Assembly (NCBI GenBank): GCA_041396785.1
Contig: JAWKXX010000017.1
Span: 22,360-86,359 of the forward strand
DNA: 64,000 nucleotides
Direction of reading: 5' to 3'
From: Novosphingobium sp.
GTDB lineage: Bacteria; Pseudomonadota; Alphaproteobacteria; Sphingomonadales; Sphingomonadaceae
Position 1 is the stretch's first letter, and every line of letters starts with the position of its first letter. The notes under the pieces are model-generated. The model was given only the letters and a program-made list of their open reading frames with translations. It did not search any database and was not told where the DNA came from. A program made the position numbers and the translations under genes. Positions 20,756 to 30,691 of the stretch are shown here, in pieces.

Positions 20756-21103
20756 ATGACCACGAAATTAGCCCGCTTGCCTGCCACGTCGAATGAGGCA
20801 GGCCCCGAGCGGCGCCAATCCATCAGGCATCCTGCATGGGCCACGGCCAAGCTGCAGTCATCCCATGGTCAACAGACCGAAGCGATACTGGCCGACGTCT
20901 CGACACACGGATGCTGCATCAAGACCGAGGTTGACTGGCTGCGGACCGGATCCTTCATTTCGATCGGAATTGAAGACTATCCCACCCTCTCCGCGATCGT
21001 GCGCTGGGTGCGCGATGGCTCGGCCGGCATGGAGTTTCTTCGTCCGATCCCGCGGGAGCGCAAGGAATGGCAGGCGCTGCTGGATTCTCCGTTCGGCCCT
21101 TGA
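20756..21103 (+). CDS. Stand-alone PilZ domain protein
   Basis: ERRQSIR (RxxxR) and DVSTHG (D/NxSxxG), VRW...GMEF. Confidence 0.85.
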   Translation: MTTKLARLPATSNEAGPERRQSIRHPAWATAKLQSSHGQQTEAILADVSTHGCCIKTEVDWLRTGSFISIGIEDYPTLSAIVRWVRDGSAGMEFLRPIPRERKEWQALLDSPFGP

Positions 21104-21111
21104 AAATGGAA

Positions 21112-21135
21112 AGGGCGGCCTCACCGAGCCGCCCT
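21112..21135 (-). terminator. Intrinsic terminator after rpmE (possibly bidirectional)
   Basis: AGGGCGGC...GCCGCCCT stem followed by T-rich run on the minus strand. Confidence 0.7.
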
Positions 21136-21162
21136 CACGAAATCATCGACTGACCGGGCGGA

Positions 21163-21393
21163 TCAGCCCTTCTTGAGCGTAAGCCCACCGAAACGCTTGT
21201 TGAACTGGGCAACACGGCCGCCTTCGTTGAGCAGGCGCTGGTTGCCGCCGGTCCAGGCCGGATGCGAGGTGGGATCAACTTCGAGCACCAGCGTTTCGCC
21301 TTCGCTGCCCCATGTGGAGCGCGTCTCGAAGGTGGTGCCATCGGTCATCTGCACCTTGATCATGTGATAGTCGGGATGCGTATCGGCCTTCAT
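21163..21393 (-). CDS. rpmE: 50S ribosomal protein L31
   Basis: MKADTHPDY...HPAWTGG...[10 protein letters not shown]. Confidence 0.96.
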   Translation of the reverse strand: MKADTHPDYHMIKVQMTDGTTFETRSTWGSEGETLVLEVDPTSHPAWTGGNQRLLNEGGRVAQFNKRFGGLTLKKG

Positions 21394-21517
21394 CGAACGA
21401 ACTTTCTTTGGGCGGCCGGTACCGACCGGCCTGAAGTGGAAAGCGGCGCGCATAGCTTCGCTTTGCCGTTTTGTCCAGCCTTGCGGCAGCCTGCAACGCC
21501 GCATTCCGGCGAGAGAG

Positions 21518-22003
21518 TCAATCGGCAGGCGGATCGGCAACCATCGCCGTAAAGGTCACTTCGCACGTGGGCTTGCCCTCGATCGAGGCCTTGCCCCAGA
21601 ACTTGCAGACGCGCGAGCGCTTCTGGACGAAGCCGACATTGAGATCGAGCAGCACGCCCGGCTCGACCGGGTTGCGGAACTTGGCCTCGTCGATCGCCAT
21701 GAAATAGACGAGCTTGCCCGTGCCCGCCAGTTCGAGCGTCTCGATCGCGAGGATCGCCGCCGCCTGCGCCAGCGCCTCGATCTGAAGCACGCCCGGCATG
21801 ATCGGGCGACCGGGGAAATGGCCCTGGAAGAACTGCTCGTTGAAGCTGACCGCCTTTACCGCGTGGATTTCCTCGCCGATCTCCAGCGAAACGACCCTGT
21901 CCACCAGCAGCAGCGGATAGCGATGCGGCAGGGCCGAAAGGATCCTGGCGATGTCATAGGCTGCGGAAGGCGCCGACGCGGCGCCTTTGGTATCCTCGCT
22001 CAT
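21518..22003 (-). CDS. fabZ: 3-hydroxyacyl-ACP dehydratase
   Basis: [22 protein letters not shown]. Confidence 0.96.
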   Translation of the reverse strand: MSEDTKGAASAPSAAYDIARILSALPHRYPLLLVDRVVSLEIGEEIHAVKAVSFNEQFFQGHFPGRPIMPGVLQIEALAQAAAILAIETLELAGTGKLVYFMAIDEAKFRNPVEPGVLLDLNVGFVQKRSRVCKFWGKASIEGKPTCEVTFTAMVADPPAD

Positions 22004-22024
22004 GGCTCCCCCTTGCCTGTTGTC

Positions 22025-22711
22025 TTAGCGTCCTTGCGGCTGAGGCCCGGCGGATACGGCATTGCCCTGCTGGGCCTGCTGCTGCGCTGCCTGGGCCGCA
22101 CGCGCCTCGCGCATCTGCCTCGGCTCCCAGCCCTGCGGCGGCACAAGCTGGGCCGCCGGGATCAGCGTGTTCAGCTCGTTCAGGATGTCCTGATTGAGAT
22201 TGTAGGCCTGTGCATTCACCGCCAGAACCGCCTGCGGGCTGAGCAGCAGCGAAACCTTCTTCTTGCCCATGGCATTCTTCACTGCCTGGTCGATCTTGTC
22301 CTCGATCTGCTCGTTGACATAGGCCTCGGACAGCGCGACCGGCTGCAGTATCTTCTGCAGTTCCTGCTGGCCGGATTCCTGGATCTGCTGGATGGTCTGT
22401 GCCTGCTGTGCAAGGGCAGTCTGGTTCGCGCTGCCGGCCTGCCGGTCCGTATTGAACTTCTGGACCAGCGGATTGAGCTGTGCCTCGATCTGCTTGCGCC
22501 GGGCTTCGGCCTGATCGATCTGCGCCTTGTAGGTCACGGGCCGCTGCTGCTGAGCGGTGCGGAAGGCGTTGGAATTGGCAATCACGGCATCGAGATTGGC
22601 AACGGCGAGGCCTTGCACGACAGGGCCGGTCGACTGCGCAAGCACGGGCTGCGCGGCCGAGCCCAGCATCAGGCTGGTGGCAAGGATGGCGGACTTGAAG
22701 AGAGTCTTCAT
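22025..22711 (-). CDS. skp: OmpH/Skp outer membrane chaperone
   Basis: Signal peptide, Q-rich coiled coil, located between bamA and fabZ. Confidence 0.8.
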   Translation of the reverse strand: MKTLFKSAILATSLMLGSAAQPVLAQSTGPVVQGLAVANLDAVIANSNAFRTAQQQRPVTYKAQIDQAEARRKQIEAQLNPLVQKFNTDRQAGSANQTALAQQAQTIQQIQESGQQELQKILQPVALSEAYVNEQIEDKIDQAVKNAMGKKKVSLLLSPQAVLAVNAQAYNLNQDILNELNTLIPAAQLVPPQGWEPRQMREARAAQAAQQQAQQGNAVSAGPQPQGR

Positions 22712-25362
22712 CAGAATTGGGTTCCCACGTTGAATGTGAAGGATTTTGTATCGTCGCCCTCGCGCTTGAGGAGGACTTTCGAAAAATCGATCCGGAAGGG
22801 ACCGAATGGCGAATTCCAGTTCACGCCGATGCCGATCGCCACGCGCGGCTTCCAGGTGTTGCCGACGAAAAACTCCTGAAATGGCGTCCCTTCTACAACA
22901 CCGTCGCCGTCCGCTACGCATTCAGCTCCAAGCGCCGGAATTTCATCTTGGCTATTGGCATAGCCGTTTTCCGAGACGCCATTGCAAACCACTGTATACG
23001 GGAACGTAGCCGGTATAGCGGCTGGCGTGGTGATGCCCCAAACAGCACCGGCATCGACAAAGATCGACGGCCTGAGGCCGAGTTCGCGTGCCCCTGATCC
23101 CAAGGGAATCTCAAGTTCGGCCCGGGCAAGATAGTAATACTTTCCGCCCAGCGCATCGTCAGTCGCGTTACGGCGCAGTTCCGACGGTATGAGTGGCCCA
23201 TCGGGATCATCCGGATTCTCGATGAGCTGCTTGCGCAACACACGCGGCCCCACACCGCGGATGTCGAAACCACGCATCTGCGGCTCGCCAAGGAAAAAAC
23301 GGTCCGTCAGGCGAACGTCGTCGACATTGGGAATGTTGCGGTTCTCAAGCGACTTGATCGCCCCGCCTTCACCCGAAACGGAGAAGATGAAACCGCCACC
23401 GATCGGCCAGTATTTGGCTGCATTGGCCCGGATTCGGGCATATTTCACCGATCCGCCCAGCCCGGCGACATCAGTGTTAATCGAAGCGAGTAAGCCACGC
23501 GACGGCCTGATCCGGTTGTCGAGCGTATCATAGATCAGCGATAGACCGATGATGGAACTGGTCCGTTTACCAATCGCGTCGCAGAGATAACGCCCTGCCA
23601 ACAAAGGATCACATTCAAGCACGCCTGGCGTGACACGATCAGTGAAGAATCGAGAACCGAGCGAAATGTCGTCGTAGTTCAGCGTATATCGGGCAACGGC
23701 CGTAATGTACTCGCTGAGCGGCACCCCCGCACGGATCTGGAAGCCCGTCGTAGATTGCTCATAGGTCGTGTTGCGGTCACGGTTGAAATAATTGAAGCTG
23801 TCGTAATCCCGCCGGTAGATGTCGATGCCGGCCGAGACATTGCGATCGAACACATAAGGCTCGGTGAAGCTGGCTTCGACGCTCTTCGTGTATTTGGAAT
23901 AGCTGCCCGAAAGCCCGATCGTCTGGCCGCGCCCGCGGAAGTTGCGCTGGCGCACGGACGCCTGGAAGATGAAGCTCTCGATGCTCGAAAAGCCGGCTGA
24001 CAGCTGAAGTTCGCCGGTCGGCCGCTCCTCGACATTGGCTTCGAGCACAATGCGATCCGGCGCGCTGCCGGGCTTCTGTTCGACTTCGAACTTTTCCTGG
24101 AAATAGCCGAGCGACTTGATGCGGTTGGTCGAGCGCTTGACCTGCAACGAATTGAAGGCATCGCCTTCACCCAGACGGAATTCGCGCCGCACCACCTTGT
24201 CCTGGGTCAGGGTATTGCCGTTGACGTCGATCCGCTCGACATAGACGCGCGGAGCCTCGGCGATCACGAATGTGACGCCCATGGTGAGGTCTTCCTTGTC
24301 CCGTTCATATTGCGGGCGGACGTCGGCAAACGCGTAGCCGAAGGTTCCGGCGGTTTCGTTCAGCCCCTCGATCGTGTCTTCGACCTGCTTGGCGTTGTAC
24401 CAGTCGCCGGACTTCATCGGCAGCCGCTTGGCCAGCACATCGCCGTCGAAATCGCGAAGCTGGCTGTCGACCGATACGGCGCCGAACTTGTAGCGTTCGC
24501 CTTCCTCGACGACATAGGTGATGATGAAGTCTTTCTTGTCCGGGGTAAGCTCGGCGACGGCCGAGACCACGCGGAAATCGGCATAGCCTTCGGTCAGGTA
24601 GAACTGGCGCAGCTTCTGCTGGTCGAAGGCCAGGCGGTCCGGGTCGTAGCTGGTGTTCGAGCTGAACAGGCGGAAGAAGCGCGCCTGCTTCGTCACCATT
24701 TCGCTGCGCAGGTCGCCGTCTGAGAACTTCTCGTTGCCGATGATGTTGATCTGCCTGACCTTGGACTTGTCGCCCTCGGTGATCTCGAAAACGATATCCA
24801 CGCGGTTCTGGTCCAGCATGACCATCTTGGGCTCGACCGTGGCGGCAAAACGGCCCTGGCGCTTGTAGAGTTCGATGATCCGGGCAACATCGGCCCGCAC
24901 TTTCGACCGGGTGAAGATCTGGCGGGGAGCGACCTTGATCTCGGGCAGGATCTTGTCGTCCTTGATGCGTTTGTTGCCCTCCAGGATGATGCGGTTGACG
25001 ACCGGGTTCTCGCGAACCTCGATCTCCACATGCCCGGCCTGATTGCGCACCTGGACGTCGGCGAACAATTCCGTCTCGTACAGGTCCTTGAGCGCCTGGT
25101 CGGCGGCTTCCTTGGTATAGGGCTGGCCCACGCGCATGCGCGTGTACGACAGGATGGTCTGCGGTTCGAGCCGCTGATTGCCGACCACATTGATCGACTT
25201 GATCGCCGTTTCGGCAGGATTTGCCGGCGCTTCCTCGGCAACCGGCGCAGCATCGACACTGGCTTGCGCAAGCGCGGAGGAAGGCAGGCCCGACAGAATT
25301 GTGGTTCCCAGAAGCAGTGCCGGCAATGACGACGCATAGCAGGCGTTAACGCAGCGAACCAT
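22711..25362 (-). CDS. bamA: Outer membrane protein assembly factor BamA
   Basis: POTRA repeats, MRGF loop-6 motif, W.SPFGP, terminal F; start approximate. Confidence 0.96.
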   Translation of the reverse strand: MVRCVNACYASSLPALLLGTTILSGLPSSALAQASVDAAPVAEEAPANPAETAIKSINVVGNQRLEPQTILSYTRMRVGQPYTKEAADQALKDLYETELFADVQVRNQAGHVEIEVRENPVVNRIILEGNKRIKDDKILPEIKVAPRQIFTRSKVRADVARIIELYKRQGRFAATVEPKMVMLDQNRVDIVFEITEGDKSKVRQINIIGNEKFSDGDLRSEMVTKQARFFRLFSSNTSYDPDRLAFDQQKLRQFYLTEGYADFRVVSAVAELTPDKKDFIITYVVEEGERYKFGAVSVDSQLRDFDGDVLAKRLPMKSGDWYNAKQVEDTIEGLNETAGTFGYAFADVRPQYERDKEDLTMGVTFVIAEAPRVYVERIDVNGNTLTQDKVVRREFRLGEGDAFNSLQVKRSTNRIKSLGYFQEKFEVEQKPGSAPDRIVLEANVEERPTGELQLSAGFSSIESFIFQASVRQRNFRGRGQTIGLSGSYSKYTKSVEASFTEPYVFDRNVSAGIDIYRRDYDSFNYFNRDRNTTYEQSTTGFQIRAGVPLSEYITAVARYTLNYDDISLGSRFFTDRVTPGVLECDPLLAGRYLCDAIGKRTSSIIGLSLIYDTLDNRIRPSRGLLASINTDVAGLGGSVKYARIRANAAKYWPIGGGFIFSVSGEGGAIKSLENRNIPNVDDVRLTDRFFLGEPQMRGFDIRGVGPRVLRKQLIENPDDPDGPLIPSELRRNATDDALGGKYYYLARAELEIPLGSGARELGLRPSIFVDAGAVWGITTPAAIPATFPYTVVCNGVSENGYANSQDEIPALGAECVADGDGVVEGTPFQEFFVGNTWKPRVAIGIGVNWNSPFGPFRIDFSKVLLKREGDDTKSFTFNVGTQF

Positions 25363-25507
25363 GTTCAGTCCTATAATCGACACGGCAATTCCCGTCGCAA
25401 ATCGGCAGGCAGCACTTCCAATCCATTCACGACAGGCCGTGCATCCTCGCGCAAACAATCGCCGCCCTCTGCCCGATGGACGGCAGCCAATCAAGCCGTC
25501 AATCCCG

Positions 25508-26623
25508 CTAACCCCCGAAAACCGGGAGAGAAGCAAGATCGTTGAGAGTGACGAACAACATGAGGGCCAGAACAAGTGCAAGGCCCGTGCGGTACGCCCA
25601 TTCCTGACTGCGAAGACCCAACGGCTTCCGGCGCACCGCTTCCGCTGCGTAGAAAGCCAGGTGCCCGCCGTCGAGCGCAGGGATTGGCAGGAGGTTGATG
25701 AATGCCAAGTTAATCGAGATCAGCGCGGCGAAGCTGACGAATTGCGCCCACCCAAGGCTGAGCTGCTCACCCGAATATTTCGCGATCTTGATCGGGCCGC
25801 CCAGTTCCCTGATCGAACGCTCGCCGGAGAAAATCTGGCCGATTCCGGTCGCCATCATGCGCATGATGCCGATGCTCTGGTCGAAGCCGAGCGCGACCGC
25901 GTCGACCGGCCCCACCGGCACGAGCGAGACCTTGCCTGCATATATGCCGATGCGCCCAATCCGTGCCTCATTGCCAAACTCGTCGCGCTCCACGGCCTCC
26001 GCGATACGGACCGGAACATCGGTCCTGCGTCCGTCCCTCTCGATGGCGATGGTTATTTCCTTGCCGGGATAGGGCACGACATATGGCGGAATGTCATAGA
26101 AGTTCGAAATCTCGTTCCCATTGATGGCCACGATCCGGTCGCCGAGCTTTAGGCCCGCTTCCTGGGCAGCAGAATCCTCCGTGAACTTCGCTATCTCGGA
26201 AGTCGCCTCGACCTTGCCAAACGCCATGTTGAACGCCGCGAAAATGGCGACGGCGAACAGCAGATTGGTAAGCGGGCCCGCCAGCACGATCAGGCTGCGT
26301 TGCCACAGCGGCTTGGCATGGAAGGTATAGGCGCGCTCTTCCTCGCTCATCCCGGCCAGCGCCTCGTCCGGCACTGAGATCGCGTTCCAGTCGCCGGCGA
26401 ACTGGACATAGCCGCCCAGCGGCAGTGCCGAGAGCCTCCAGCGCGTGCCCCGCCTGTCGTTCCAGCCGAACAGTTCCTTGCCGAAACCGACCGAGAAGAC
26501 ATCCGCCTTCACGCCAAACAATCGGGCCACGAGATAATGGCCAAGCTCATGCACGACCACCAGCGGCCCCAGCAGCAGCAGGAACGCAATCACGGTAACC
26601 AGCAAATTAGGAGATTCAATCAA
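25508..26623 (-). CDS. rseP: RIP metalloprotease RseP
   Basis: HELGH, PLGGYV, PDZ domain, NLLPIPALDGGH. Confidence 0.95.
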   Translation of the reverse strand: MIESPNLLVTVIAFLLLLGPLVVVHELGHYLVARLFGVKADVFSVGFGKELFGWNDRRGTRWRLSALPLGGYVQFAGDWNAISVPDEALAGMSEEERAYTFHAKPLWQRSLIVLAGPLTNLLFAVAIFAAFNMAFGKVEATSEIAKFTEDSAAQEAGLKLGDRIVAINGNEISNFYDIPPYVVPYPGKEITIAIERDGRRTDVPVRIAEAVERDEFGNEARIGRIGIYAGKVSLVPVGPVDAVALGFDQSIGIMRMMATGIGQIFSGERSIRELGGPIKIAKYSGEQLSLGWAQFVSFAALISINLAFINLLPIPALDGGHLAFYAAEAVRRKPLGLRSQEWAYRTGLALVLALMLFVTLNDLASLPVFGG

Positions 26624-27782
26624 TTGCGGCGGACTCCGTCGTCAGGCGGGCTCTTGCTTGCACTCGCGCTTCGGCATCGACGGCGATAACGTCGTCCAGC
26701 GAAGCCGGTGCATCGGGCGCATAGCACGAAAGCACATCCTCTACATGCTCAGCGATGCGGGTAAACGCAATCCGGCCATCGAGAAAGGCGGCGACTGCCA
26801 CTTCGTTTGCGGCATTGAGCACGGTCGGCGCGGCTCCGCCGGCCCGTGCCGCCCAGCGCGCGAGGCGCGTAGCGGGAAAGCGCTCCTCGTCCGGGGCCCG
26901 GAACGTAAGCGCGCCGATCGCGGCGAGGTCGAGCGGCTCGCAAGGCGTATCCATGCGCTGCGGCCAGGCGAGAGTCGAGGCGATCGGCACGCGCATGTCG
27001 GAAGGGCCGAGCTGGGCTAGCGTCGACCCATCGCGATATTCGACCATGGAATGAACGATCGACTGCGGGTGGACGATGATCCGCAGCCGGTCCAGGCCCA
27101 CCGGGAACAGGTGGCAGGCTTCGATCAGTTCCAGCCCCTTGTTCATCATCGTCGCGGAATCGACGCTGATCTTGGCGCCCATGTCCCAATTGGGATGCTT
27201 GATCGCCTGTGCCGGCGTCGCGTTCTTCAGCTGCTCGAACGACCAGTCGCGAAACGGACCGCCGCTGGCGGTCAGCGTGATCATGCGGACATCGGTGATG
27301 TCGTTGCCTGCTAGGCACTGGAATATGGCGTTATGTTCTGAATCGACGGGCAACAGCGTGGCGCCGTGCCGGGCGACTGCGGCGGTCATAACATCGCCTG
27401 CCGAGACCAACGCTTCCTTGTTGGCAAGACCGACAATGCCGCCCTGCTCGATCGCCGCCATGGTAGGCGCCAGGCCGGCACAGCCGACGATCGCGGCGAT
27501 GGTGATATCGGCACGCCGGGCGGCCGCTTCCGTCAGCGCCCCTGCCCCGGCCGCCGCTTCCACGCCACTGCCGGCCAGCGCCTCGCGCAATTCGGGAAGC
27601 CGCGCCTCATCGGCAATGACGGCGATTTCCGCGGCGAATTCGCGAGCCAGCGTGGCCAGTTCGGCGGCATTGCCGTTGGCAGTCAAGGCGACAACCCGCC
27701 AATTCTCAGGGTCGCGCCGGATGAGGTCCAGCGTCGAGGCACCTATCGAACCGGTCGCGCCGAGTATGGAGATGGAACGCAC
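26616..27782 (-). CDS. dxr: 1-deoxy-D-xylulose-5-phosphate reductoisomerase
   Basis: LGATGSIG, LANKE, PVDSEH, HPNWDMGAKIS. Confidence 0.97.
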   Translation of the reverse strand: MRSISILGATGSIGASTLDLIRRDPENWRVVALTANGNAAELATLAREFAAEIAVIADEARLPELREALAGSGVEAAAGAGALTEAAARRADITIAAIVGCAGLAPTMAAIEQGGIVGLANKEALVSAGDVMTAAVARHGATLLPVDSEHNAIFQCLAGNDITDVRMITLTASGGPFRDWSFEQLKNATPAQAIKHPNWDMGAKISVDSATMMNKGLELIEACHLFPVGLDRLRIIVHPQSIVHSMVEYRDGSTLAQLGPSDMRVPIASTLAWPQRMDTPCEPLDLAAIGALTFRAPDEERFPATRLARWAARAGGAAPTVLNAANEVAVAAFLDGRIAFTRIAEHVEDVLSCYAPDAPASLDDVIAVDAEARVQARARLTTESAAID

Positions 27783-27784
27783 GA

Positions 27785-28494
27785 TCAGACGATCTCCGTC
27801 AGTTTTGCCGCCATGCCCATTATGATGGCGACCGGCAGAAGGCCATCCACCCGATCGAATACACCTCCATGACCGGGAATAAGCCCCGAGCTGTCCTTAA
27901 CTCCTGCTCGCCGCTTGAGCCAGCTTTCCAAAAAGTCGCCAAGCTGCGCAGCAATTGCCAGCAGCGCCCCGATCGCAGCGCCTGCGACCATAGCCAGCCA
28001 AGGTGTGCCGCCATCGTGTCCTGGTGCCATTGCGCCTGCCGCAGCGGCGATGAAGCCAAGCATGACTGCCCCGAACAGGGCAGATGCCGCCATGCCACCG
28101 AACAAGCCTGCCCATGTCTTGGAAGGGCTGATCGCCGGCGCAATCTTGGGACCACCGAACGTGCGCCCGGCAAAATAGGCGCCTGTATCGGTGAGGATCA
28201 CGAAGCCCAGGGTGAGCCCGACGAGGAGCCCCGGCATGATCACCAGCGAGATTGCCGCAAGGACGATATAGACCGCACCGGCCACGAGCGCGGCCAAGGT
28301 CGCGAGCGGCCTCATGCCTATTGCCAAGACCAGCCTGATCAGTTCGAACAGCAGGGTCAGCGCGACGACGACAACGAGTGCATCGAGTACAAGCCCGCCG
28401 AACCAGAGCGCGACGCATACAATCGCCAGCATCACCAAAGCCGAAGCCGTGCGAACTCCCAAATCGGATTTTTCGCCGGCTCAGCGCCCGCCAT
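27785..28494 (-). CDS. cdsA: Phosphatidate cytidylyltransferase (apparent 1-nt deletion near 28470; in-frame ORF begins at 28462)
   Basis: DTGAYF.G, SPSKTW.G, GD..ES..KR...VKDS...PGHGG..DR.D. Confidence 0.9.
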
Positions 28495-29251
28495 AGCGCC
28501 TTTCCCGCTTCGCAAACGCAGACAGCGCCTCCTCCAGGTGTTCCGGCTTGAAATCGGGCCACAGCACATCGGTAAACCACAGCTCGGCATAGGCCGCCTG
28601 CCACAGGAGGAAGTTCGACAAGCGCAATTCGCCCGAGGTGCGGATCAGCAAGTCGAGCGGCGGCAGGTCGGCCGTGTCGAGTTCCGCCGAGATCGTTTCC
28701 GGAGTCACCGGTCCCTTCTCGGCCGCCCTGACCGCGGCCCGAGCGATTTCGTCCTGCGACCCGTAGTTGAGCGCAACCGCCAGCGTGACTCCGTCGTTGC
28801 CCGCGGTCCTGGCCAACGCTTGCTCAACCAGATCGATTACATCGTTCGGGAAGGCTTTGTAATTACCAATAATCTTCAACCGGACATTGTTGGCGGCGAA
28901 TTCGTCGAGATCGCTCATGATGAAGCGCTTCAGCAGCCCCATCAGGTCCGAAATCTCCTCTTCCGGCCGCCGCCAGTTCTCGGTCGAAAAGGCGTAGAGC
29001 GTCAGCGCTTCCAGCCCCATTTCCCTCGCTGCCCGAACCAGGCGGCGCACGGATTCCACGCCGCGCTGGTGGCCGACCGCGCGCGGCAGGTGGCGCTTCT
29101 TCGCCCAGCGCCCATTGCCGTCCATGATGATCGCGACGTGGCGGGCGACGCAAGCGCCGCCTTCTCCCACGCCGGGCGCAACCGATGCATGTTTCGCGCC
29201 GCGCCCCTCCACTTCGCTCGGGACCAAAGAGGACGCAGGCTCCTTGCTCAC
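28481..29251 (-). CDS. uppS: Undecaprenyl diphosphate synthase
   Basis: [29 protein letters not shown]; GTG start overlaps frr stop. Confidence 0.95.
   Translation of the reverse strand: MSKEPASSLVPSEVEGRGAKHASVAPGVGEGGACVARHVAIIMDGNGRWAKKRHLPRAVGHQRGVESVRRLVRAAREMGLEALTLYAFSTENWRRPEEEISDLMGLLKRFIMSDLDEFAANNVRLKIIGNYKAFPNDVIDLVEQALARTAGNDGVTLAVALNYGSQDEIARAAVRAAEKGPVTPETISAELDTADLPPLDLLIRTSGELRLSNFLLWQAAYAELWFTDVLWPDFKPEHLEEALSAFAKRERRYGGR
29202..29230 (-). repeat. Degenerate half-copy of a sphingomonad-type palindromic repeat inside the uppS 5' coding region
   Basis: TTTGGTCCCGAGCGAAGTGGAGGGGCG resembles the GTCCCGAGCGAAGTCGAGGG arm recalled from sphingomonad repeats; translates as LVPSEVEGR. 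Confidence 0.45.
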
Positions 29252-29805
29252 TGGCCGAGGATATCCTTTTCCTTTCGGGCCAACTCTTCGTCAGCGACCT
29301 TGACCATCTCGTCGGTCAGCTTCTGCACCTCGGTTTCGGACCGCTTGCGCTCGTCCTCGCTGATTTCGTGCTTCTTCTCATCGGCCTTGAGCGCTTCCAT
29401 GCCGTCGCGCCGTACATTGCGGATCGCAACCCTAGCCTTTTCAGTATATTGGCCCGCGAGCTTGGCAAGTTCCTTGCGGCGCTCTTCGGTCAGTTCCGGG
29501 ATCGGCAGGCGCAGCACATTGCCGTCGTTGATCGGATTGAGCCCGAGCCCCGCCGAATGGATCGCCTTTTCGACTGGCCCGACATTGGACTTGTCCCAGA
29601 CCTGCACCGAAAGCATGCGCGGCTCGGGTACGGAAACAGTCGCCACCTGGTTGAGCGGCATCTGCGAGCCGTAGACTTCCACCGCGATCGTATCGAGCAG
29701 GGCGGTGTTGGCCCGGCCCGTCCGCAGGCCGGAAAGATCATGCTTCAGCGCATCGAGTGCGCCTTGCATACGGCGCTCGAGGTCCGCCTTGTCGTATTTG
29801 GCCAT
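29248..29805 (-). CDS. frr: Ribosome recycling factor
   Basis: RTGRAN, P.LTEERRK, RN.RRD. Confidence 0.96.
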   Translation of the reverse strand: MAKYDKADLERRMQGALDALKHDLSGLRTGRANTALLDTIAVEVYGSQMPLNQVATVSVPEPRMLSVQVWDKSNVGPVEKAIHSAGLGLNPINDGNVLRLPIPELTEERRKELAKLAGQYTEKARVAIRNVRRDGMEALKADEKKHEISEDERKRSETEVQKLTDEMVKVADEELARKEKDILGQ

Positions 29806-29807
29806 GG

Positions 29808-30530
29808 TCAAGCCTCCTCCTGCACTATTGTCTGTATTCCCTTGCCCGCCAGAACCCTGGCAAGGTTGCCGCGCTCGCGGATCGAGAACACGACGATCGG
29901 GATTCCGTTCTCCCGGCAAAGGGCCACGGCGCTGGCATCCATAACCTTCAGGTTTTGAGATAAGACTGCGCCGTAACTTATTGTCTCAAAACGTTCGGCA
30001 TCGGGATCCTTCTTGGGGTCGGAGCTGTAGACGCCATCGACGCTGGTGCCCTTGAACAGCGCATCGCAGCCCATTTCGGCAGCGCGCAGCGCGGCGCCGG
30101 TATCGGTGGTGAAAAAGGGATTGCCCGTCCCTGCGGCGAAGATCACGACGCGCCCCTTCTCAAGATGGCGCTCGGCGCGGCGGCGGATATAGGGTTCGCA
30201 CACCGACGCCATCGGGATCGCCGACTGGACACGCGTCTCCACGCCAAGGTTCTCCAGCGCGTTCTGCATGGCCAGCGCGTTCATCACCGTCGCCAGCATG
30301 CCCATATAGTCGCCGGTGGTGCGATCCAGCCCCTTCGACGCCGCGGAAATCCCGCGAAAGATATTGCCGCCTCCGATCACCAGGCAGATCTCGAGGCCGG
30401 TGTCCTTGGCGGCTTTCACTTCCTGCGCCAGATCGACCACGAATTCGGGATCGATGCCGTATTGCTGGTTGCCCATAAGCACTTCGCCCGAAAGCTTGAG
30501 CAGGATACGCTTTGACTTGGGCAGGCTCAT
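29808..30530 (-). CDS. pyrH: Uridylate kinase
   Basis: [22 protein letters not shown]. Confidence 0.97.
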   Translation of the reverse strand: MSLPKSKRILLKLSGEVLMGNQQYGIDPEFVVDLAQEVKAAKDTGLEICLVIGGGNIFRGISAASKGLDRTTGDYMGMLATVMNALAMQNALENLGVETRVQSAIPMASVCEPYIRRRAERHLEKGRVVIFAAGTGNPFFTTDTGAALRAAEMGCDALFKGTSVDGVYSSDPKKDPDAERFETISYGAVLSQNLKVMDASAVALCRENGIPIVVFSIRERGNLARVLAGKGIQTIVQEEA

Positions 30531-30613
30531 GGGACCTTCGCTGAAAGGGTTGGAAAAGCGCGGCCCTTATAGCTGGAAGCATGCCGCTGCCAAGTGCGGA
30601 GGCAAGATATGCA

Positions 30614-30665
30614 AGTCCCCGCTCCGCCAAGCCGGACAGAGTGGCCGGCAGACGGAACGGGGACT
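30614..30665. terminator. Extended hairpin downstream of tsf
   Basis: AGTCCCCG...GCCGG...CCGGC...CGGGGACT nested inverted repeat. Confidence 0.45.
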
Positions 30666-30691
30666 GGAATACGTACCGGTTGTGTCAGCCG

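Noticed and set aside
21163-21393. L31 lacking zinc-ribbon cysteines
   Set aside because: Normal for Alphaproteobacteria.
27869-29674. 601-aa ORF on the + strand
   Set aside because: Antisense to cdsA-uppS-frr.
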